DNA of 64,000 nucleotides from an uncultured Planctomycetota bacterium (lineage in GTDB: Bacteria > Planctomycetota > Planctomycetia > Gemmatales > Gemmataceae). The notes beneath the pieces are model-generated. The model made no database searches. It worked only from the letters and a program-made list of their open reading frames with translations, and had not been told where the DNA came from. Position 1 is the stretch's first letter. Each line of letters begins with the position of its first letter. The position numbers were made by a program, and so were the translations under genes. The stretch lies in the NCBI GenBank assembly GCA_963849325.1, contig CAWKHF010000012.1, positions 1,216,001 through 1,280,000 of the forward strand, in the 5' to 3' direction. This document shows, one piece after another, positions 56,249 through 64,000 of this stretch.

Positions 56249-59200
56249 TCACGGTTCGACGACGGTTCGTCCAGCGAGACGTTGCAACGATGCTTTCGCC
56301 TCACGAGTCAGACCGTCTTCCAGCGCTCCCGCAGCCAGCGAACGGAGCACGGTTCGCGCCTCGCCGCTGCCGATGTGTTCCAGGACTTCCACGGCCCGCA
56401 AAGCGCGTAGTTGTTCGGTCGAGAGCGTTCGGATCTCCACCTGTTCGAGCAAGGCCCGCAGCCGTCGCGCCATCTCCAGCGAGGGCTTGGCCGCCAGTGC
56501 CTTGCGTAAAGCCGGTTCAGCCCGTTCGCCCAACCGGCGCAACTCCTGCGAAGCGCGATTGCGCGGCTCGAATTGATCGCTGTCCAGATCGGCAAGGAGA
56601 CGAGTCAAGCGTTCTTCCTCCACGCGCGGCACCGGCCGAAGATGTTGGGCCAGAAAAGCGACCACGGAAGGGCCGGCGGCAACGAGTCGCCATAAGGCGC
56701 GATAGGCTCGCATACCATCCTTGTCGCCGAGTTCGGCCCACAAGCGTTCGATCTCGCCGGACTTCACACGGCGGGAAGACCATTTGCCGTTCGGGCAGAT
56801 GCCCGTCACGTCCCACACGCAAGCCGTGTAGTCGAGGCTGCCCGAAGCCAGCAGTCGGCCGTCCGGCGAGAACGCCAGCGACCAGATCCATTCGCGGTGG
56901 CCGGTGAAGCGGCCGCGCTCCTTCCCGCTGGCCTGCTCGAACAGCAAGATGGTAGCGACGTCCGCAGCCGCCAACGTCTTGCCGTCTGGGGAAATCGCCA
57001 TCGCTGGGATGTTGCCCGTCCGCACGGGGATGCGGCGCAATTCTCGTTTGCTGGCCACGTCCCACAGGCGCAAGGAATTCCCCGGATGTCCCTCCGTCAA
57101 AGGCCTCTCTTCGTGAGCCGCGAGGAGGTACTGGCCGTCGGGAGAGAACGTCAGGCAAGTGGGCATCGTAGGATCGTGCCAGGTGAATCGGTCTGCTTCC
57201 TTTGCCGTCCTCGTCTCGTACAGGTAGATAATCCGGTTATCGAGAGACGGCGGAGCAACCGCCAAGATCCGGCCATCGGGCGAGAAGACGTGGGGGTGGC
57301 GGTAGCGTTGGTCGCCCGTCTTCTGGAGGGAACGCAACAGTTTGCCGGTCGTCGCGTCCCAGAGGCGAAGCCGGTCATCCTGGTGCCCGACCGCCACCAT
57401 TTTTCCATCCGGAGAAAAATCCGCCTGATCCTTGTCAATAGGCGGTTCGCCGATGCGACAGCACGCCTTGCCGGTCGCCGGCTCCCAGACGTGGAGCACG
57501 CCCTGGAGATTCGCCAGGGCGGCCCTTTCGCCGTGGGCCGTCAAGGCGGTGCCGAGAAGCACGTCGGTTCGCCGGCCAAAACCTTCCGGGAGATCGTGCA
57601 AGGGCGTCAGCGGCTCGCCGGTGAGGGGATTCCACGAGCCGATTCGGCCCCCACAACAGCTGGCGATCAGCACTTTTGCGTCCCGGCTAAAGCGTACGGC
57701 CGTGACGTAATCCGGCAGTCCCAAAACAGGCATAAGCGGCTTGCCTGTCTGGGCGTTTCGCAGCCGGATGACACCGGATTGCACTTGGGCCAACACCTTG
57801 CCATCGGGAGAGAATGCCAGCTGGACGGTGAAGTTGTTGCCCTCATCCCAGCGGCGTAGCTTTTCTCCCGTGGCCGCCGCGAAGAACTGGGTTTGATTGC
57901 CCCAGCCGGCGCGCCGGTCTCCACAAACGAGAACCTGGCTATCCGGGGAGAAGCACAGGCAAGAAGCGTAGAATTCCGGATTCCAATCGACCTGGTTGGT
58001 TTCCAAAACGACTCGATTGATTTCTTTCCCCGTGACGGCATCCCACAGGAAGAGCACGTTGTGCGAACGGTTGGCGGCGAGCCTTTTGCCGTCCGGGGAG
58101 GCGGCGAGATGACAAAAGCCGTCTTCCGGGCGGTTCCTCTTCTGGTAGATTCTCCGAACTTCCTTGCCTGTGGTCATGTCCCACCAGCGGATGCTCGCTC
58201 CATCTCCCGAGACCAAAGTCTTGCCGTCCGCCAAGAAGACGAGGCTATCGCTGTTGGCCATGCTCTCCGCCGTGAAGCGACGTATCTCTTTCCAGGCGGC
58301 CGTATCCCACAACCGAATAGTCGTATCCTCCATCCCCGCAGCGAAGTGCTTACCGTCTGGGCTAAAGGCGAGGACTCCCGTACCGTCCGGATCGCCCTCG
58401 ATTTGGCGAAGCTCCTTGCCGGTACGTACGTCCCAGATCCGGATCACGGAGCTACGCAAGCGAGCCGTCGCCACCATCTTGCCGTTCGACGCGAGGGCAA
58501 AGCAAGACCATCCACCGCCATCTGGGATCGCTATTCGCTGCAATTCCTTTCCCGTCGTCGTATCCAGAAAGCGGACAACGCCCCTGTTCTCGCACAGAGC
58601 CAAGCTTTTGCCGTCGGGTGCAAACGCCAGAGGTCCATGACTCTTACCGCACCACCAGCGCACCGTGCCGATGCGGGCCACGGCTCGCGGCGGCAGTGGA
58701 TCGCCGAAACGATCCGTGCGTGCGCGCACGTCGCGCTCCGCTCTGGGCAGGTCTGCTTCTCGCGCCGCCCCTTCCGTGACTGACTCCAGTTTGTCCTCGG
58801 GTCTCTGCCAGGCAAACCCGGCGACAGCCGTGGTAATCACGGAAGCCGCCAGCGTGAAGACCACGAGGCGGAGTTTCGTCACGGCGAACATTTGCGTCGC
58901 CTGGCGCAGCAGGGACGCGACCGAGGCGGAGATGACCCCGGCCGTCGGCCCTCCTGAGGCGAGGGCAAGCGCGGCGTGCAAGGTTCCCTCCACCAGCGCG
59001 GCCGAAACCGCGGATGCCGGCGCGGTGGCGAGGGCCAGTCCGGCGAGGACGGCCGACAACTCCACGCCGCGACGCGCCAATCGCCGCCGCAATTGCTCGC
59101 GCGCCCGGCTGAGCGTGCCGGATACCGTACCCTCCTTCCAGCCAAGCTGCCCGGCTACCTCGGCCAAGCGCTTGCCCTCTAATGCACACAGCACGAACAC

Positions 59201-59662
59201 GGCGCGTTGCCGCGCAGACAACTTCTGGATTTCCTCATCGAGAATGGCCTGCACTTCCCGCCAGGACGACTCGGCGGCGACTTCCGCTCGCGGCATGTTG
59301 GCTCCCTTGCGTTCGTGCTTCCGCCGGGTGATCGAATCGCGCCGCGCACGCCAAGCGATGTGATAGGCCGTCCCGTGAAGCCAGCTCGCCAACGCCGTGC
59401 CTTTGCGGATGGAGGCGGCCTTGCGAGCCAGCACGAGAAACGTCGCTTGAAACGCATCCTCGGCGTCCTGCTCCTGGCCCAGCACATTGCGGCAGACGCT
59501 CCAGACCATGCGGCCGTGTCGCTGCATCAGCGCCGCGAAGGCGTCGCTGGCCCGCTCGGTGACAAAGCGTGCCAGCAGTTCCGCATCGGAGAGTGAGGCC
59601 GCCTCGGGCGCGGCCCACCGGCGAAGATGTTCGAGGATGGCCGGCCATTGTCCGCCGCTCAT
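56249..59662 (-). CDS. ECF sigma factor with TM segment and C-terminal WD40 repeats (planctomycete type)
   Basis: SDAELLARF, DAEDAFQATFLVLARKA, GTVSGTLSRARE; RTDRFGDPLP..AVARIGT; many AFSPDG..W repeats; start ATG 59662. Confidence 0.92.
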   Translation of the reverse strand: MSGGQWPAILEHLRRWAAPEAASLSDAELLARFVTERASDAFAALMQRHGRMVWSVCRNVLGQEQDAEDAFQATFLVLARKAASIRKGTALASWLHGTAYHIAWRARRDSITRRKHERKGANMPRAEVAAESSWREVQAILDEEIQKLSARQRAVFVLCALEGKRLAEVAGQLGWKEGTVSGTLSRAREQLRRRLARRGVELSAVLAGLALATAPASAVSAALVEGTLHAALALASGGPTAGVISASVASLLRQATQMFAVTKLRLVVFTLAASVITTAVAGFAWQRPEDKLESVTEGAAREADLPRAERDVRARTDRFGDPLPPRAVARIGTVRWWCGKSHGPLAFAPDGKSLALCENRGVVRFLDTTTGKELQRIAIPDGGGWSCFALASNGKMVATARLRSSVIRIWDVRTGKELRQIEGDPDGTGVLAFSPDGKHFAAGMEDTTIRLWDTAAWKEIRRFTAESMANSDSLVFLADGKTLVSGDGASIRWWDMTTGKEVRRIYQKRNRPEDGFCHLAASPDGKRLAANRSHNVLFLWDAVTGKEINRVVLETNQVDWNPEFYASCLCFSPDSQVLVCGDRRAGWGNQTQFFAAATGEKLRRWDEGNNFTVQLAFSPDGKVLAQVQSGVIRLRNAQTGKPLMPVLGLPDYVTAVRFSRDAKVLIASCCGGRIGSWNPLTGEPLTPLHDLPEGFGRRTDVLLGTALTAHGERAALANLQGVLHVWEPATGKACCRIGEPPIDKDQADFSPDGKMVAVGHQDDRLRLWDATTGKLLRSLQKTGDQRYRHPHVFSPDGRILAVAPPSLDNRIIYLYETRTAKEADRFTWHDPTMPTCLTFSPDGQYLLAAHEERPLTEGHPGNSLRLWDVASKRELRRIPVRTGNIPAMAISPDGKTLAAADVATILLFEQASGKERGRFTGHREWIWSLAFSPDGRLLASGSLDYTACVWDVTGICPNGKWSSRRVKSGEIERLWAELGDKDGMRAYRALWRLVAAGPSVVAFLAQHLRPVPRVEEERLTRLLADLDSDQFEPRNRASQELRRLGERAEPALRKALAAKPSLEMARRLRALLEQVEIRTLSTEQLRALRAVEVLEHIGSGEARTVLRSLAAGALEDGLTREAKASLQRLAGRTVVEP

Positions 59663-59893
59663 GGTATCGATCTCATTTCGGGCCGTAGGTGTATCTACCC
59701 TTATAGTCCCCTGCCAGTGGCAAACCCTACACCATCTTCCCAAAATGCGTCGGCCGAATTTGCGGATCGTGCCGGTTGCGATGCCTCCTCGGCCTGTTTT
59801 CCGACCACGTGAAGTCGAGAATCGCTTGCATCGCAACCTGAACTGTTGTACCCTCTCTGGGTTGTGTACCCAGTTCGAGCATGGACGTGCCTC

Positions 59894-61136
59894 ATGCCAC
59901 CTCCCTTTCCACCCGCCGGCGTCAAGATCCTCAGCATCGGCGAACTGACGCGCGCCATCAAGGGGCTGCTCGAAGAAGCGCACCCTATCGTGTGGGTGGA
60001 GGGCGAGGTGTCGAACCTTTCGCGGCCCAGCTCCTACGGTCATCAATACCTGACGCTCAAGGACGACGAAGCGCCGCTGAAGGCTGTCCTGTATCGAGCC
60101 ATCGCCCTGCGCATGAAGTTCGACCTGCGCGACGGCATGCGCGTGATCGTCCGCGGCCGGCTCACGCTGTACATGCCGCGCGGCGAATATCAGCTGCTCA
60201 TCGAGGAGATCCAGCCCAAGGGCATCGGTCCGCTGGAGCTGGCGTTCCGACAGCTCAAGGAAAAACTGTCGCTCAAAGGCTATTTCGATCCCAAAAGGAA
60301 GCGAAAGCCGCCGCGTATTCCGCGCCGCATTGTACTCGTCACCAGTCCGAGCGGCTCGGCGGTGCGCGACATGCTCGAAATCCTGTCGCGGCGCTGGCCG
60401 GCCGCCGAGGTGTGGGTCTGTCCGGTCCACGTCCAGGGTGAAGGCGCCGCCGCCGAGGTCGCCGAGGCCATCGCCGCGCTGAATCGCCTGGCCGACGACG
60501 GCACCGCTATCGACGTGCTGATCGTCGGCCGCGGGGGCGGCAGCCTCGAAGACCTGTGGACGTTCAACGAGGAGTGCGTCGCCCGCGCCCTGTTTCAGTC
60601 GCGCATCCCGGTTGTCACCGGCATCGGCCATGAGGACGACCTGACCATCGCCGACATGGTGGCCGACCTGCGCGCCCTGACGCCCAGTGAGGCGGCCGAG
60701 AAGGTCGTGCCCGATCGTGTCGCCGTGCTCGACTGGCTGGAAGGCCTCGAAACGCGCTTCCGTTCGGACCTACGCCGACGCCTGGACGCGGCCCGGTCGC
60801 GCCTGGACGAGCTGGCCGGCCGGCCCTGTTTCCGCCGGCCGCTCGAACGGGTCCACGAAGAGCGACGCCGGATCGACGACTGGAACGAACGTTTGCAGCG
60901 GGCCGCGCAGCGCCGCGTCGAACAGCTGCGCGAGCGGCTCAAGGCGGAGGCGGCACGGCTGGAGAACCTCAGCCCTCTGAACGTCCTCGCTCGGGGCTAC
61001 AGTTTGACGCGGAAGGAAGACGAGGACGACGCTGCTGCACCGTGCCGCACAGGTTCAGCCCGGCGAACGCATCGTGACGCGGCTGCACGAGGGACAGATC
61101 ATCAGTCGGGTCGAAGAGACGAGAGGAGGCGAATGA
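59894..61136 (+). CDS. xseA: Exodeoxyribonuclease VII large subunit (frameshift near 61025)
   Basis: VWVEGEVSN, VTSPSGSAVRD, VQGEGA, GRGGGSLEDLW, GIGHEDD, RALTPSEAAE, SPLNVLARGYS. Confidence 0.95.
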
Positions 61137-61140
61137 AGCG

Positions 61141-61410
61141 ATGAACGAACCAGTGGCCGACCGGCGGACCTTCGAGGAATCGCTGCTGGAACTGGAGCGC
61201 ATGGTGCGCGAGCTGGAAGACGGCCGGCTCGGCCTGGAGGATGCCCTGGCCCGCTACGAGCAGGGCGTCGGACTGATCAAGGGCTGTTACCAGCAGTTAC
61301 GCCAAGCGGAGCAGCGCATCCTGCTGCTGACCGGGGTTGATGAGGAACGGCAGCCGATCCTGCAACCGTTCAAGCACGAGGCGACGGCAGTAGCGAAGAA
61401 ACGCCCGTGA
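61141..61410 (+). CDS. xseB: Exodeoxyribonuclease VII small subunit
   Basis: FEESLLELERMVRELEDG.LGLEDALARYEQG...AEQRI; directly after xseA. Confidence 0.95.
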   Translation: MNEPVADRRTFEESLLELERMVRELEDGRLGLEDALARYEQGVGLIKGCYQQLRQAEQRILLLTGVDEERQPILQPFKHEATAVAKKRP

Positions 61411-61423
61411 CCCCGAAAAAACT

Positions 61424-61519
61424 TCGACCACGGAAAACACGGAAGACACGGAAAAAAGACAGATAGGGTGCATTGTTTTGATTATTTTTTTCCGTGTTTT
61501 CCGTGTTATCCGTGGTCGA
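61424..61519. repeat. ACCACGGA-family palindrome between convergent genes; contains the stop codon of the arginase-family gene
   Basis: TCGACCACGGAAAACACGGAAGACACGGAAAA ... TTTTCCGTGTTTTCCGTGTTATCCGTGGTCGA. Confidence 0.9.
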
Positions 61520-62342
61520 TATTTTCGTGGCGGCGCAGCAGTAGGTATTCGAGCAGCCATACCAGCGTCGCGAGGCTTTGGTCATTGCGGTCGCGTCCGG
61601 GGTCGAACTCGGAGACGATCACGCCGGCCACCCGCGGCGACCAGATCGCATCGAGCAAGCGCAGAAGCAGAGACGGACTGAGGCCGAACGGCACCGGCTG
61701 CGTCACGGCCGGGAAGTGGACCGGATCGAACACGTCACAATCCACGTCCAGGAAAACACGGCGGGCACTCTGAGCGGCCTGGCGGAGGTGCGCGAGGGCC
61801 GGCTGCGGATCGATGGCCAGCTCGGCCGCGGCGAAGGTACGGCGATAGTAGCGATCGATGTAATCCGGCGGCAGCAGCAGGTCGCGGTGGCCGACGTTGA
61901 TCAGCGGCGGCAGCGGACCCTCGCAGTGCAGCAGGAAGTTGCCGTGCGATAGCTCGCGGGTGCAATCGTGGAAATGATGAATGTCCAGGTGAGCGTCGAG
62001 TTGCACGACGAGCGTGCTCTCGTCGGCGCCGGCCAGTTCGTCGTAGACCGGCAGCGCCCCGAGATGGTTGCCGGTGATCCAGAACAGGAAATCGCCTTGA
62101 CGTAGCACCGGACGCACGGCCTGCCGGCCGCGTCGCCGCCAGTCGGCGTAGGCTTCCAGGTTCTCGAAGTGAAACTCACGCAGGCGGACCCGATCGGTGT
62201 AGGCTTGCGCCCGTGTTGGTACGCGCTCGCGGCGGTTGTCGGCGAGAATTTCGCGCAGCTCATCGGCCAGCAGCGCGACGCCCGGCGCCGCGCCGGCGCT
62301 GCCGAACAGGTCGAACGGAAAAAAGATGAAGCAACTCTTCAT
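61506..62342 (-). CDS. Arginase/ureohydrolase family protein
   Basis: TGNH, QLDAHLD, HGNF, LDVDCDVFDP, P.GL, SEFDP. Confidence 0.85.
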   Translation of the reverse strand: MKSCFIFFPFDLFGSAGAAPGVALLADELREILADNRRERVPTRAQAYTDRVRLREFHFENLEAYADWRRRGRQAVRPVLRQGDFLFWITGNHLGALPVYDELAGADESTLVVQLDAHLDIHHFHDCTRELSHGNFLLHCEGPLPPLINVGHRDLLLPPDYIDRYYRRTFAAAELAIDPQPALAHLRQAAQSARRVFLDVDCDVFDPVHFPAVTQPVPFGLSPSLLLRLLDAIWSPRVAGVIVSEFDPGRDRNDQSLATLVWLLEYLLLRRHENIDHG

Positions 62343-62536
62343 AGTGTCCCCCTCACGATCGCGGCCCCGATGGGAGCTTCGCTCGACGCAACCTCATAAT
62401 ATCGTTGCCTGTCCACCTGTTGTCGGCTACCGTAGACGAAGGAAACGCGCTTAACGGCCGACGCCACCGATAGCAATCCCAACCCGATTAACTTTGACAA
62501 CGGCGAAAGTAACCGTAATTATCCTCTACATCTGAC

Positions 62537-64000
62537 ATGAAGCGCTCTCGACTCCTCGCCGCAACGGTCCTGGCCCTGCTCCTGGGAGGGGGACCGCTTT
62601 TCGCCGCGCCTGTGGATTACCTGCGCGAAGTCAAGCCGCTGCTGGCGGCACGCTGCTCCGCCTGTCACGGCGCGTTGCAGCAGAAGGGCGACCTGCGCCT
62701 CGACACGGTCGCGTCTCTCCGCGAGGGCGGCGACAGCGGGCCGGCCATCGTTCCCGGTCGCGGCAGCGAGAGTCTGCTGATCGCCGCGTATCACCGGCGC
62801 GGGGCAAGCGCCGCATGCCGCCGGCCAGCGAGGGAGAGGGACTCAGCGGCAAAGAGATCGCCCTGCTACGCGACTGGATCGACCAGGGCGCTGCCGGGCC
62901 GGCCGACGAAAAGCCCGAGCCCGATCCGAAAGACCACTGGGCCTTTCGCGCCCCCGTCCGCCCCGAGTTGCCTCGTCTCGGCGGCGACGCCCGACCCCGC
63001 AATCCCATCGACGCCTTCCTCGCCGCCGCGCGGCGAAACGCAGGCCTGACGCCGCAGCCGCCGGCCGACCGGCCGACCCTGCTGCGCCGCGTCTATCTCG
63101 ACCTGGTCGGCCTGCCGCCCAGCCGGGAACAGCTGCAAGCCTTCCTCGCCGATACCGCCCCCGATGCTTACGAGAGGGTGGTCGACCGGCTGCTGGCATC
63201 CCCGCAGTACGGCGAGCGCTGGGGCCGGCACTGGATGGACATCTGGCGCTACAGCGACTGGTGGGGGCTGGGCGACGAGGTGCGCAACAGCCAGAAGCAC
63301 ATCTGGCACTGGCGCGACTGGATCGTCGAGTCGCTCAACGCCGACAAGGGCTACGACCAGATGCTCCGCGAGATGCTCGCCGCCGACGAGCTGTACCCCG
63401 ACGACCTCGACCGCCTCCGCGCCACCGGCTTCCTGGCCCGGCACTACTTCAAGTTCAACCGCAACACCTGGCTGGACGAGACGGTCGAGCACACCTCCAA
63501 GGCGTTCCTCGGCCTGACGATGAACTGCGCCAAGTGCCACGACCACAAGTACGACCCGATCGCGCAGGCCGACTATTACCGCTTCCGGGCGTTCTTCGAG
63601 CCGTACCAGGTCCGCACCGACGAGGTGCCCGGCGAGGCCGACCCCGAGAAGGACGGCATCCCGCGGGCCTTCGACTGCAACCTCGACGCGCCGACCTACC
63701 TGCTTCGTCCGCGGCGACGAGCAACGGCCGATGAAGGACCGGCCTTTGACGCCGGGCCTTGCCGCGTTTGCTGTCCTTCGGCGAGCTGGACATCCGCCCG
63801 GTGGTGCTGCCGCCGGAGGCGCACACGCCGGGGCTGCGGCCCTTCGTCCTCGAAGCACCATCTGCGGCAGGCCGAGAAGCAGATGCCAAGCCGCCCGCGC
63901 GAACCTCGCTAGGGCGAAGCAAGACAGCTCGTCGAGGCTGGCCGTCGTCGATGGCGGAAAAGTCGCTGGCCGCTGCCGAAGCCCAGTCGGCGGCGCTGCA
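62537..64000 (+). CDS. Planctomycete cytochrome c / DUF1549 (PSD1) protein, runs off the window; frameshifted
   Basis: Signal peptide; [43 protein letters not shown]. Confidence 0.9.

Noticed and set aside
59663-60631. N-terminal 320-aa extension of the sigma-WD40 ORF
   Set aside because: Overlaps xseA on the opposite strand; sigma homology starts at ATG 59662
62494-62525. Sigma70 promoter for the last gene
   Set aside because: TTGACA is present but there is no convincing -10 at 16-18 bp

Overview
High-GC bacterial DNA, very likely a planctomycete (probably Gemmataceae-like), judged from DUF1501 and DUF1549/DUF1553 cytochrome-c genes and an ECF sigma factor fused to WD40 repeats. Many genes are split by single-base frameshifts that look like uncorrected assembly errors, so most CDS calls are reconstructed across frames. 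Layout: (1) 1-4.3 kb, 3' end of a Tad/Flp pilus operon, then a membrane Ser/Thr kinase facing an FHA protein; (2) 7.3-11.9 kb, a ~1550-aa exported VWA/TPR/Gly-rich protein; (3) 12.4-40.7 kb, a 23-gene ABC-transporter-dependent surface glycan cluster (wzm/wzt, GDP-Man/GDP-Fuc enzymes, a CDP-sugar branch with C- and O-methyltransferases, GT2/GT4 enzymes, two GT-C-like membrane proteins); (4) 40.8-44.8 kb, a DUF1553/DUF1501 pair; (5) 45.3-56.1 kb, a compact operon that looks like an undescribed small-molecule pathway (CxxC exported protein, reductase-SCP2, alpha/beta hydrolase, EhpF-like adenylating enzyme, MqnA/MqnD-family protein, class III aminotransferase, lipoprotein, ABC exporter); (6) ECF-WD40 sigma factor, xseAB, an arginase-family gene and the start of another DUF1553 gene. 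The most interesting signals are the 45-56 kb operon, the fact that 10 of the 23 glycan-cluster proteins end in Ala-Ala-stop (a ClpXP-type degron signature), and several families of palindromic repeats, some reaching into coding sequence. No database searches were run; family calls come from recognised motifs.
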